A stretch of 64,000 bases of DNA from an uncultured Pelagibacteraceae bacterium (GCA_902635665.1 CACPOX010000004.1:5616-69615); one strand, 5' to 3'; positions 1 to 9,631 are shown, counted from the first letter of the stretch. The notes: generated by a model not told the origin, from the sequence alone. Program-made: numbers and translations.

Positions 1-339
1 TTAATCAATGCTCATCGAGCAATTGAATCTGTTACTTTAGATAAAGAAACTATGCATAAAAAAGATCAGGTAATGTCTAGATATGCTGAATTAATTTACA
101 ATGGTTATTGGTATTCAAAAGAAAGATTTAAACTTCAAAAAATTGTAGATTTAAAGAGAAGTAAAGTTAATGGTTCAGTAAAGCTTAAATTGTATAAAGG
201 AAATATTACAATTCAATCAAGAGTTACTAATAGCAGTGCCTATTCAATGAAAAAAGTCTCATTTGAGGAAAACAAGTCATTTAATAAATTTAACGTTGAA
301 AGATTTATCAATTTTCATAAAAAAAAGCTTCGTTCATAG
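1..339 (+). CDS. argG: argininosuccinate synthase, C-terminal part (5' truncated by window)
   Basis: Frame is open from base 1: LINAHRAIESVTLDKETMHKKD...YAELIYNGYW...VKLKLYKGN, matching the ArgG C-terminus. Confidence 0.9.
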   Translation, partial: LINAHRAIESVTLDKETMHKKDQVMSRYAELIYNGYWYSKERFKLQKIVDLKRSKVNGSVKLKLYKGNITIQSRVTNSSAYSMKKVSFEENKSFNKFNVERFINFHKKKLRS

Positions 340-396
340 GTAAGTTTAGGACAAATTGACATTTGTTTAAATTACTAAAAATTATATTCTAAATTG

Positions 397-855
397 ATGG
401 AATCGATAAAAAATTGGATGAAAGATGCAGCAAATATTTTATTTGATGACAGCAAAAATGATCTGCGCGCACTTCCAAAAACAGTTAGACTACAAATACT
501 TTTGGTTTTAAGTTTTATTTGGACTACTGTTTTTAGTTTATATATTTTTTCATACACAACTTTTGCGTTTGGATGGGCTGGACTTTTTTTAGCTCATATT
601 GGTTTAATATTTGCTGTCTACATGACGTTTAAACAATTCCATAAAGCAGAAGCGAGATCTGCTAGTGTTTTTCAAACAAAAAATTTTGATCCTTTTAAAA
701 TAATGGTCATAGTTTTTGTAGTAGTATTTATATTTGTATTTTCAAAAGGAATTGAGGTTTTAACTAGTCCAAACCCAAACTCTTATTCAATCCCTTATGA
801 CGGCCCCTTAAAATCTGCAATTGAAAAATGGCTACCTTTTAGTAAGGATAAATAA
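397..855 (+). CDS. hypothetical membrane protein (about 3 TM helices)
   Basis: 152-aa ORF (ATG at 397) with three hydrophobic stretches; stop overlaps the next start (TAATG). Confidence 0.75.
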   Translation: MESIKNWMKDAANILFDDSKNDLRALPKTVRLQILLVLSFIWTTVFSLYIFSYTTFAFGWAGLFLAHIGLIFAVYMTFKQFHKAEARSASVFQTKNFDPFKIMVIVFVVVFIFVFSKGIEVLTSPNPNSYSIPYDGPLKSAIEKWLPFSKDK

Positions 856-1235
856 TGGATAAGATAGCAAAGAACTTACAGTTAGCATTAATGGTTATTA
901 TCCTAATCAGTACGGTTATTGCTGTTGGGATTGAAATGAAAAATATGTTCTTAAATCAATCTGTTACATTAGCTGATTTACTTTTAATGTTCCTTTATTT
1001 AGAGGTGCTTGCAATGGTCAGAGTTTTTTGGAACCAGCAATCTATTAGTATCACCCTCCCACTTCTTATTGCAATTACCGCTCTCGCAAGATTTATTATT
1101 TTGCAAGGAAAAGAAATGGATCCTACCGCACTAGTTTACGAGGCAGTAGCAATTTTATTAATTGCTGGAGCAATTGTTGTTTTGCGATTAAGACATAGTG
1201 ACAAATTGGGCCTCAAGAAAAAAAAATCAAAATAA
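855..1235 (+). CDS. psiE: PsiE family (phosphate-starvation-inducible E) membrane protein
   Basis: LADLLLMFLYLEV...PLLIAITALARFIIL motif, 4 TM helices. Confidence 0.8.
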   Translation: MDKIAKNLQLALMVIILISTVIAVGIEMKNMFLNQSVTLADLLLMFLYLEVLAMVRVFWNQQSISITLPLLIAITALARFIILQGKEMDPTALVYEAVAILLIAGAIVVLRLRHSDKLGLKKKKSK

Positions 1236-1241
1236 TTTAAA

Positions 1242-2381
1242 ATGATATTTGAAGCTTCAAGGGCTAAGGCCTTAGATCAATTAAATAATTTTGTTGATAA
1301 TAATCTTGCAGAGTATTCAAAATTGAGGAATTTTGATTTTGGGCCTGAAAAAAGATCTAACATATCCTGCTTATCGCCATACATAACTCATGGAATAATT
1401 AATGAACGGGAAGTAATTCATAAAGCTTTAAATAAATTTTCTTTTTTGAAAAATGAAAAGTTTATTCAAGAAGTTCTATGGCGAACTTATTGGAAAGGTT
1501 GGTTAGAACTAAGACCTAATGTTTGGACAGATTATCTTATTGAACTAAATCAGATAAAAAATGAGTTTCGAAATAATAAAGATTATCTTGATGCAACTGA
1601 GGGAAAAACAAACATAAATTGCTTTAATGAGTGGGTAAAAGAGCTTAAAGAGAAAAATTATTTACATAATCACACAAGAATGTGGTTTGCTAGTATTTGG
1701 ATTTTTACTTTAGAATTACCTTGGCAATTAGGTGCAGAATTTTTTATGCAACATCTTTATGATGGAGATGCTGCATCAAATACCCTTGGATGGCGATGGG
1801 TTGCGGGTGTTCAAACTCAAGGAAAACATTACCTTGCAAGTGAATGGAATATTAAAAAATTCACTAACAATAGATTTCAAAATATAAAATTAAATGAAAA
1901 CGCTCCTCCAAAAATATCTGAAAAATCTTACCAAATAATTAAACAAGATTTTAATAACCCACAAAACGTTGAAGAAAAAAATCTTTTAATTTTTGAAAAT
2001 AATCTCTCGTTTGAAATTACTGACTTTAAGGAAAAGAACTTTAAGAAAATCTATTTAGTTCATAACAAAAATGAAAATAGATCTATTAAGCTCAATGAAA
2101 AATTAGTGAAATTTAAGTCTCAGTTAACAGAAGACCAAGAACAAAGATTAAAAGATCAATCTATTGATTGTCAGATTATTAATATAAGTGAAATAAAAAA
2201 TATTGAAAATTGTTGTGGTTTATATCCAACAGTAGGTGAAAATTTAGATTTTTTGAATTCAAATAATTTAAAAATAGATTTTTTGTATAGGAAACTTGAT
2301 CAATTAGCTTGGCAATTCTGCAACAAAGGTTTTTTTAATTTTAAAAATTATATTCCCAAAATTATTTCAAGTTTAAATTAG
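1242..2381 (+). CDS. DNA photolyase with FAD-binding domain at the N-terminus (NewPHL-like, inverted domain order)
   Basis: SCLSPYITHG, FIQEVLWR, YLHNHTRMWFASIW and DGDAASNTLGWRW motifs lie in the first ~200 aa, followed by an extra ~150-aa C-terminal domain. Confidence 0.85.
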   Translation: MIFEASRAKALDQLNNFVDNNLAEYSKLRNFDFGPEKRSNISCLSPYITHGIINEREVIHKALNKFSFLKNEKFIQEVLWRTYWKGWLELRPNVWTDYLIELNQIKNEFRNNKDYLDATEGKTNINCFNEWVKELKEKNYLHNHTRMWFASIWIFTLELPWQLGAEFFMQHLYDGDAASNTLGWRWVAGVQTQGKHYLASEWNIKKFTNNRFQNIKLNENAPPKISEKSYQIIKQDFNNPQNVEEKNLLIFENNLSFEITDFKEKNFKKIYLVHNKNENRSIKLNEKLVKFKSQLTEDQEQRLKDQSIDCQIINISEIKNIENCCGLYPTVGENLDFLNSNNLKIDFLYRKLDQLAWQFCNKGFFNFKNYIPKIISSLN

Positions 2382-2599
2382 AACCAACGAACCATTCCAA
2401 TAATTCCAGCTGTTGCATAAAAAAATTGCAAAAATAAAATTCCTTTATGACCACCTCTATATGCCCAAATTCCAATTAAAACTGCTGACAAAAGCAACAA
2501 ACAAAAACCAAAAAATTCTATGCCTATATTTAAAGCTACAAACAAAGAATATAATATTGCAGTTACAACCCCTGCCCATTCAAACATTTTATTATTCAT
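2378..2599 (-). CDS. small 3-TM membrane protein, SemiPnu/PnuC-half-like
   Basis: 73 aa from ATG 2599 (start revised from the ORF track); EW..., LQFFY...G...W pattern; overlaps the upstream gene's stop. Confidence 0.65.
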   Translation of the reverse strand: MNNKMFEWAGVVTAILYSLFVALNIGIEFFGFCLLLLSAVLIGIWAYRGGHKGILFLQFFYATAGIIGMVRWF

Positions 2600-2783
2600 A
2601 ATTTTTATATATTTCCTCACGTTCACTTTTATTCATACCCTTTGTTTTTTCTACAAATTCATTTCTTAGTTCTCTTGATTTAAAGATGTAAAAACAAACT
2701 GTATCTTTGCTGTGATAGATTGCTTTTTGTTCATCGTCTATATCGTTTAACTCTTTGGGTATTTCAGCCTTTATGCAAATCAT
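2592..2783 (-). CDS. hypothetical protein (63 aa)
   Basis: ORF coupled on both sides (ATGA overlap with the GATase gene). Confidence 0.65.
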   Translation of the reverse strand: MICIKAEIPKELNDIDDEQKAIYHSKDTVCFYIFKSRELRNEFVEKTKGMNKSEREEIYKNYE

Positions 2784-3499
2784 AGAAGTTTTTTAAAATT
2801 ATTATAAAGAATTGTAGAATAATTATTCATGTCATTCATGTTATCTTTTGCTGATTGATCAAACTTTTCTAAAGCACCATTACCAAGCTGATCTTCCAAA
2901 GCTTTCTTATATTCAGGAACACATCCCCATTCATTTACTGTAGTATCTTTTATTTCTATATGAAATTGAATTCCGTAAGCGTGGTTTTGATATTTAAAAA
3001 TTTGATATTTAGTAATCGGTGAGGAAGCCAGTAAAGTTATATCATTATTGTTTTCAATTCCCTGAACCTCATAAGAATGCCATTGTAAGCTTTTTATTTT
3101 ATCAGGAAACTGTGAAAACAAATTATCGTTTTCTTTTTTTTTAGAAAAATTGATATCCATAATCCCAATTTCTGCTGGATTTGATTTAACAACTTTACCA
3201 CCAACTACTTCTCCTAAAAGCTGACAACCCAAACAAAAACCTAAATAAGGTTTTTTTAAATCTACAACGAACTCTTTAATTTTTTTCTTTTCCTCAATTA
3301 GCCATGGGTATTCCTTTTCCATATATGTATCCATCGGTCCACCCATACAAAACATTCCATCAAATTTGGTTAAATCTTCTGGTATTTTTTCACCTTCGTC
3401 TAACTCAATTGTAGTTAAATTTAATCCATCAGATAACATTAAATCTTTAATGTAACCTGGGTCTTCTATTTTAATATGCTGTAATACTATTATGTTCAC
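2780..3499 (-). CDS. class I glutamine amidotransferase-like protein
   Basis: GGPM, GFCLGCQ nucleophile elbow, QWHSY, QFHIE (Cys-His-Glu triad). Confidence 0.88.
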   Translation of the reverse strand: MNIIVLQHIKIEDPGYIKDLMLSDGLNLTTIELDEGEKIPEDLTKFDGMFCMGGPMDTYMEKEYPWLIEEKKKIKEFVVDLKKPYLGFCLGCQLLGEVVGGKVVKSNPAEIGIMDINFSKKKENDNLFSQFPDKIKSLQWHSYEVQGIENNNDITLLASSPITKYQIFKYQNHAYGIQFHIEIKDTTVNEWGCVPEYKKALEDQLGNGALEKFDQSAKDNMNDMNNYSTILYNNFKKLL

Positions 3500-3504
3500 T
3501 AAGA

Positions 3505-3633
3505 TTAACTTAACTTAGAACACTTCTTGGAACAATATTTTACTCTCTCCCAATTCAACTTCCATTTTTTTCGCCAAGTAAATAGTCTTTTACAAACTGG
3601 ACAAGTTTTTGTTGGTAAATTTTCTTTTTTCAT
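3505..3633 (-). CDS. DUF2256-like zinc-finger microprotein (42 aa; not in the ORF track)
   Basis: Manual translation [42 protein letters not shown]; ATG overlaps the photolyase TGA. Confidence 0.88.
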   Translation of the reverse strand: MKKENLPTKTCPVCKRLFTWRKKWKLNWERVKYCSKKCSKLS

Positions 3634-5123
3634 CAAATTGTATTTTGTTTAATGAATTTATCAGCTTCTAATAAAATCAATTTTTTTCTATCAGATTTCA
3701 TTTTATCAAATATCCTTACCATCATCGATAAACGAGGATTTTTTAAAAAAAATTTTCTATTTCGGTCAATAAACCTCCAGTACAACCCATCCATAATGTT
3801 ACACCAATCACCCTTTTTAAAGTCCATCATTTTCATAAAATATGCAGATCCACAAATATAAGGTTTGGTTGCAAAAATTCCCCCATCACTAAATAATCCC
3901 ATTCCATATACATTGGGAACCATCACCCAGTCTGAAGAGTCTACGAACATCTCCATAAACCACTTATAAACAATTGTTGGTTTGATTTCACAAAGGTTCA
4001 TAATGTTTGATAAAATCATTAACCTTTCAATGTGATGTGACCAACCATGATTAATGGCATTTTTAATTGCATAATCCAAAGGTGGAAGACCAGTATTCCC
4101 ATCATACCAAGTATTTTTCATTTTTCGATTTTGTTTAAAAAAATTTCCGGCTTCCATTTCTTCTGAATACGACTGATAAATTCCACGCATAAATTCTCGC
4201 CAACCAATAACCTGGCGGATGTAGCCCTCTAAGGAATTCATTCTAATTTTATTTTTCTTGTGAAAGTCTAAAACTTTTTGAATAACAAATTCAGGAGTAA
4301 TTAAACCTAAATTTATATAAGGACTTAATGCACTATGAAATAGAATATTATCCTTTTGATCAACAGCATCCTCATAATCACCAAATAGGTTTGATTTTTC
4401 TTTTATAAAAAAATTTAAAAGTTTAACTACGTCTTCGAATTCTGTTACAAACCAAAAATTATCTGTGCTCCCTGGATGATTTTTAAACTCTTTTTCAATA
4501 ATAGGCTTTAATTTTTTTGTGTGATTTGTTTCATTGATTTTTGGAAATTTAGGAATTGAAATATTCTTTGGTAATTTGTTTCTGTTATCTTCATCAAAGC
4601 TCCATTTCCCTCCGATTGGATTACCATCTGAACCCATCAATATCCCTGATTTTTTTCTAACATCTTTGTAGAAGGTTGCCATAAAAGGTTTTTTTGATTT
4701 TGATAAATAATTTTTAAATTCAGATCTTGAATTTAAAAACATAGGAGTTTGAACAACATTCCAATGTATTTTTTCTTTTTTTAAAAATTGTGAAATTTTT
4801 TTTTCAAAGAATTTATCCTCTACTTCAAAACTTGAAATTTCTTTTACTTTTTTTTGTGTAATTATTTTTTTTAATTTTTTTAAATAATCATCATTAAATT
4901 CTTTATCTTCGATTTTGAAATAATCTAATTTAAATTTATTTTTTCTTAACCTGTCGGCATAAGAACGCATTGAAGATAAAAATAATAAAATTTTTTGTTT
5001 ATGATGCCTTTCATAAGTGCATAAACCCTTATCTTCAGCTATAAAAAATAGGTGGTCTTTTTTGAAGCGGTCGAGGTATTTTGTTGGAAATAATTGATTA
5101 CCAAGTATAAAAAATAACTTCAT
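3633..5123 (-). CDS. cryptochrome/photolyase family protein, PhrB/CryB-like bacterial (6-4) photolyase
   Basis: N-terminal ILGNQL and [53 protein letters not shown] motifs. Confidence 0.88.
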   Translation of the reverse strand: MKLFFILGNQLFPTKYLDRFKKDHLFFIAEDKGLCTYERHHKQKILLFLSSMRSYADRLRKNKFKLDYFKIEDKEFNDDYLKKLKKIITQKKVKEISSFEVEDKFFEKKISQFLKKEKIHWNVVQTPMFLNSRSEFKNYLSKSKKPFMATFYKDVRKKSGILMGSDGNPIGGKWSFDEDNRNKLPKNISIPKFPKINETNHTKKLKPIIEKEFKNHPGSTDNFWFVTEFEDVVKLLNFFIKEKSNLFGDYEDAVDQKDNILFHSALSPYINLGLITPEFVIQKVLDFHKKNKIRMNSLEGYIRQVIGWREFMRGIYQSYSEEMEAGNFFKQNRKMKNTWYDGNTGLPPLDYAIKNAINHGWSHHIERLMILSNIMNLCEIKPTIVYKWFMEMFVDSSDWVMVPNVYGMGLFSDGGIFATKPYICGSAYFMKMMDFKKGDWCNIMDGLYWRFIDRNRKFFLKNPRLSMMVRIFDKMKSDRKKLILLEADKFIKQNTI

Positions 5124-5150
5124 AATTAAATATAACTAATAAAATTTTTT

Positions 5151-5861
5151 ATGTCAGAAAAATATGTAATTTTTGGTGCGACAGGTTCTATTGGATCCAG
5201 TTTGTCGGAACAATTAAAAAACTCTGGAAATGATATTCATTTAGTTGCAAGAAATGAAAGTGAACTTAATTCTATCTCTGAAAAACTTGGATGCTCACAT
5301 ACCGTTGCAGATGTTTTAGAGGATGGATTTATAGAAAAAGTTAAATCAGATATTTCTGAAATTAAAGGTATAGCTTATTGCGTGGGTTCGATTGATTTGA
5401 AACCATTAAGAATGGTAAATGAACAAGACTTTCAAAAATGCATGAAACTTAATCTTTATTCTGCTGTAGAGGCTATTAAAGGATTTCAAGAAAGTTTAAA
5501 AAAAAACAAAGGTTCGATAGTACTATTTTCTACTGTTGCTGCTCAAAGAGGTTTTACTAATCATGCAATAATAGCTTCAGCAAAAGCAGCTGTTGAAGGA
5601 TTGACGGTTTCTCTTGCAGCAGAATTTGCACCAAACATAAGAGTAAATTGTGTGGCACCAAGTTTAACTAAATCTAAAATAGCAGAACCAATGTTAAAAA
5701 ATACTGCTATAGCTGAAGGTATTGCAAAAGCACACCCTCTTAAAAGATTAGGAGAAGGTAAGGACTCAGCTGCTCTTGCTAAATTCTTGCTAACCGAAGA
5801 TAGTTCTTGGGTTACAGGTCAAATAATTGCTGTTGATGGTGGTAGGTCTAAGCTTTCATAA
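5151..5861 (+). CDS. short-chain dehydrogenase/reductase (SDR)
   Basis: GATGSIG Rossmann motif, IRVNCVAP, VTGQIIAVDGG; the catalytic YxxxK reads IASAK. Confidence 0.88.
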   Translation: MSEKYVIFGATGSIGSSLSEQLKNSGNDIHLVARNESELNSISEKLGCSHTVADVLEDGFIEKVKSDISEIKGIAYCVGSIDLKPLRMVNEQDFQKCMKLNLYSAVEAIKGFQESLKKNKGSIVLFSTVAAQRGFTNHAIIASAKAAVEGLTVSLAAEFAPNIRVNCVAPSLTKSKIAEPMLKNTAIAEGIAKAHPLKRLGEGKDSAALAKFLLTEDSSWVTGQIIAVDGGRSKLS

Positions 5862-5862
5862 A

Positions 5863-6930
5863 GTGATCAAATATTTTCTATCAATATTTTTCTTTTTTTT
5901 ATTTTCATCTAAAAGTTTATCTGAAAATTTTACTTTTAAAAAATTAGCAGATTTAAATGATCCATGGGGATCATCTTTTATAAGTGATAATGAGCTTATC
6001 ATCACTGAAAAAACTGGAAAAATAAAAATAGTAAATATTACTTCTGAAGAAGTTTATGAAGTAAAACACAACTTAAATTATTTTGTACATGGACAAGGCG
6101 GCTTGTTAGACATTATTTATGAAAGTAATACCTTATGGATTTCTTATTCTGAAAATAGAGGAAATTGGAAAACAAGCACCTCGATTGCAAAAGCTGAATT
6201 AAATAAAAAAAATTTACATTTTAAAAATATATTTCAAGCTGAACCACCAATAGAATCTGGTTATCATTTCGGTTCAAGACTAGCTATAAAAGATAATTAT
6301 CTTTTTGCATCAACTGGTGAAAGAGGTGGAGGCATGATTGCTCAAGATCCGACTAGCCATCCTGGAAGTATTATCAGAATTTATTTAGATGGTAGTATTC
6401 CAAAAGATAACCCTAAGTTTGAAGGTAAATCAGATTGGTTACCAGAAATTTATCAAATTGGTGTTCGTAATCCTCAAGGTCTAACCTATTCCTCTTTTGA
6501 TGGAAAAATTTATGCAAGCAACCATGGTGCAAAAGGTGGTGATTGGTTTGGTGAAGTAAAAAAGGGAGAGAATTATGGTTGGAAAATTTTAGGTTGGGGT
6601 GGAACAAATTATTCAGGGTCAAAGATTGGACCTAAATGGAAACCAGGTTTTACTAAGGCAATCCAATACTGGGTACCTTCAATAGCAGCAAGTGCTATAA
6701 CTATTTATAAGGGAAATGAATTTAATGAATGGAATGGAGAAGCGCTCATTACTTCTTTAAAAGATAAATCAATGAGAAAATTAAACTTTCAAAATTCATC
6801 TAACATTGAAGAAACAATTATTTTCAAAGATAAAATTGGAAGAATAAGAGATATACAAGTTCACCCTGTTAATGGAAAAATATATTTTCTTGCGGAAAAT
6901 AGCTTATGGTTAATGGAGAAAAAAAAATAA
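5863..6930 (+). CDS. PQQ-dependent sugar (glucose/sorbosone) dehydrogenase, exported
   Basis: Signal-peptide-like N-terminus from GTG 5863; GQGGLLDI, HFGSRL, GVRNPQG, NYGW and GRIRDI motifs. Confidence 0.85.
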   Translation: MIKYFLSIFFFFLFSSKSLSENFTFKKLADLNDPWGSSFISDNELIITEKTGKIKIVNITSEEVYEVKHNLNYFVHGQGGLLDIIYESNTLWISYSENRGNWKTSTSIAKAELNKKNLHFKNIFQAEPPIESGYHFGSRLAIKDNYLFASTGERGGGMIAQDPTSHPGSIIRIYLDGSIPKDNPKFEGKSDWLPEIYQIGVRNPQGLTYSSFDGKIYASNHGAKGGDWFGEVKKGENYGWKILGWGGTNYSGSKIGPKWKPGFTKAIQYWVPSIAASAITIYKGNEFNEWNGEALITSLKDKSMRKLNFQNSSNIEETIIFKDKIGRIRDIQVHPVNGKIYFLAENSLWLMEKKK

Positions 6931-6931
6931 T

Positions 6932-7915
6932 ATGAAAGAGAGACCTTATCATCATTTGCCTGATGGTACTTTCAGAAATCCAAAAGGATCTCCAGTTATA
7001 ATATCAAGGTCAGGAAAATTTTCTTATAGAACTTTCAGTAATTTAAGAAAAAAAGTTAATTTATCATATCCAAAAGAGCATGTGATTGAAAAAGAAAAAG
7101 TATTAGCTGATTTAGAAAAATATAAAGATAATGATTATATCGCTTGGATAGGTCACGCGACATACCTTATAAAATTAGGTAAAACCACTATTATAACAGA
7201 TCCTGTATTTTCAAAGAACGCTGGACCACTTATCTTCGGTCCAAAAAGATTTACTAATCCCGCAATAAAATTAAATGAGATACCCCAAACAGATATATTT
7301 TTACTCACTCATAATCATTATGATCATCAGGACATGTCAACAATTAGAAATTTTCCTTTTAAGGGAGCAAAAGTATTAACGCCATTAAACCTCGGTAAAT
7401 ATTTTAAAGGATATAAAGATGTAAATGAAATGGATTGGTATGATCAAATAATTATAAATGAGGATTTGAAAATTTCTTTACTTCCTGCAGTTCATTGGTC
7501 AAAGAGAAGTTTAACAGATACTAATAAAACTTTGTGGGGTAATTTTCTTATAGAATATAGAAATAAAAAAATTTTATTTGCATGTGATACTGGATATGGG
7601 GAAATCTACAAAGAACTGGGTGAAAAATATGGTCCTATAGATCTGACAATGATTAATATTGGGGCTTATAATTTCAAACCAATGTTTGATAAAACTATTT
7701 ATCATACTACACCAGAGGAAGCCCTGAATGTTGCACAAGACCTAAAAAGTAAAAAAGTATTAGGAATGCATTGGGGAACATTTGTTTTGTCATTAGAGCC
7801 GATTATGGAACCCCCAATTAGATTTAAAGATAGTGCTGAAAAATATGGTTTTAATAAAGAAGATGCAATTATTTTTAAAATTGGAGAAGTTAGTCCTCTA
7901 AATAAATTGTTATAA
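6932..7915 (+). CDS. MBL-fold metallo-hydrolase (NAPE-PLD/RomA-like)
   Basis: WIGHAT, THNHYDH, HWSKR, DTGY and MHWGTF motifs. Confidence 0.85.
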   Translation: MKERPYHHLPDGTFRNPKGSPVIISRSGKFSYRTFSNLRKKVNLSYPKEHVIEKEKVLADLEKYKDNDYIAWIGHATYLIKLGKTTIITDPVFSKNAGPLIFGPKRFTNPAIKLNEIPQTDIFLLTHNHYDHQDMSTIRNFPFKGAKVLTPLNLGKYFKGYKDVNEMDWYDQIIINEDLKISLLPAVHWSKRSLTDTNKTLWGNFLIEYRNKKILFACDTGYGEIYKELGEKYGPIDLTMINIGAYNFKPMFDKTIYHTTPEEALNVAQDLKSKKVLGMHWGTFVLSLEPIMEPPIRFKDSAEKYGFNKEDAIIFKIGEVSPLNKLL

Positions 7916-8836
7916 AGTTAAATACTTAATTGCAAAAAATATAGTCCCTATAGAAGCAATAGTAGAGACAAAAATTGCTTTAATTATATTTTCGGGACTT
8001 ACATTATAAGCAGCACATAAAACTATAGAAGTAACTCCGCAAGGCGCAACACTCACAAAGAAAGCACCTGGTATTTCAGCTGGCAATCCTGCATTAAAAA
8101 TCACTAATCCAATTAACAATAAAATTATCGGGGAAATGACTAATTTTAAAACCGAAATAGAAACAGATAATTTATTAATTACATTTTTAGTATAAAACGA
8201 AAGAATTATGCCAATTGCAAACAATCCAACTGGTGAAACACATGCTGCAAGTTTAGACAAAGTGTATTCAATTGGTGTTTGATCAATATTAAAATTTAAT
8301 AATAAAAATAATAGACCAATAATTATTGAAAGAATAAATGGGTTTAAAAATAAATTTTTAATAAAATTAAATAAATTTACATTTTTTTTTGTAGATAATT
8401 CAAGAAAAAAAGCAATTATAGATAATAAAATTATACCATCCATTAATATGATGCTTGCAACTTGTGTAATTATATTTTGTTGAAAATAAATTTCTGTTAT
8501 TGGCAAAAGCAAAGTCACATGGTTTGATAATGCAACTGTTAAAGCCCAAATAATTGACTCTGGGATTGATCTTTTAAAATATTTTGAAGTAATTAAGTAA
8601 GCGATAATTCCACATATCGATTGCATAATTAAATAAGAAAAAATTTGTTGAAAATCTACTTGTCCAATTTCATTTTGTGCTATTAGTTTAATTATCAATG
8701 CCGGAACTGCAATATAGAACAAAAAAAGATTTAAAATTTTAGCATGACTAAGGTCTAAGATTTTAAACTTACCAAATACAAAACCTAAAAAAGTAATAAA
8801 TATAAATGGAGTCAGTCCTAAAAAAATTGTGAACAT
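7910..8836 (-). CDS. AEC (auxin efflux carrier) family transporter
   Basis: About 10 TM helices; FYIAVPAL, SN..L.LP, NPFI, GLFAIG and KLVISP motifs. Confidence 0.8.
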   Translation of the reverse strand: MFTIFLGLTPFIFITFLGFVFGKFKILDLSHAKILNLFLFYIAVPALIIKLIAQNEIGQVDFQQIFSYLIMQSICGIIAYLITSKYFKRSIPESIIWALTVALSNHVTLLLPITEIYFQQNIITQVASIILMDGIILLSIIAFFLELSTKKNVNLFNFIKNLFLNPFILSIIIGLLFLLLNFNIDQTPIEYTLSKLAACVSPVGLFAIGIILSFYTKNVINKLSVSISVLKLVISPIILLLIGLVIFNAGLPAEIPGAFFVSVAPCGVTSIVLCAAYNVSPENIIKAIFVSTIASIGTIFFAIKYLTL

Positions 8837-8839
8837 AAA

Positions 8840-9631
8840 TTATTTAATCGTTATTCTATGCATTATTCTATTTCCTTTAAAGGGTGTTGCCTGATGAAGC
8901 ATAGATCTGTTATCCCATATAGCCAATTGATTTTTTTCCCAAGGCAATGAAAATTGAAACTTCTTCTTAATTTGATGATTAAATAAAAATTTTTTGAACT
9001 TTTCTTGATTTTTTATCTTTGAACTAAAACCAACAAAATGTCCTGGACTGCAATAAATCGAATAATTTGTACTGATTCTCCTAATTATTTTATGTGAAGA
9101 TTGAAGTTCTTTAATATTTTTTCCTTTTTCTTTTACTCTTTCTTTTGTTGTAACCGAAATCGGACCCTCAGAGGAATATTTACCTTTAATATTTTTAAAT
9201 TTTCTTTTTATTGGATTTGGTAATTCTTTATAAGCAAGATATTGAGAACAAAATTCTGTATTAGCTTTTCCTTTTTTTGGTACAAGTTTAGAAAGTAACA
9301 TTGTAAATCTTGGCGGCTTTTTTGTATAAATCGAGTCTGTATGAAATTGTTCACCAAAACTTGGTCCTTTATCAGTTGATTTTCTTTGCACCACTGTAAT
9401 TTGAGGAAATTTTTTATTTAAACCTTTTAGTCTTGGATAGTTGGCTAAATTTCCAAAATATTTTGCAAACTTAATGTAAAGTTTAGAAGTTAATTTTTGT
9501 TGCTTAAAATATAACATTCCATATTTATTCAGTGCTTTTTTGATTTTTGAAATATCTTTATTTGAAATATCTTTTAAATTTACAATTATTTCTGCTCCAA
9601 TATTTTTTTTATTTGGAATTATTTTTAACAT
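8840..9631 (-). CDS. TauD/TfdA family Fe(II)/2-oxoglutarate dioxygenase
   Basis: IGAEI start, FHTDS (HxD), WDNRSMLH..., RIMHRIT. Confidence 0.85.
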   Translation of the reverse strand: MLKIIPNKKNIGAEIIVNLKDISNKDISKIKKALNKYGMLYFKQQKLTSKLYIKFAKYFGNLANYPRLKGLNKKFPQITVVQRKSTDKGPSFGEQFHTDSIYTKKPPRFTMLLSKLVPKKGKANTEFCSQYLAYKELPNPIKRKFKNIKGKYSSEGPISVTTKERVKEKGKNIKELQSSHKIIRRISTNYSIYCSPGHFVGFSSKIKNQEKFKKFLFNHQIKKKFQFSLPWEKNQLAIWDNRSMLHQATPFKGNRIMHRITIK

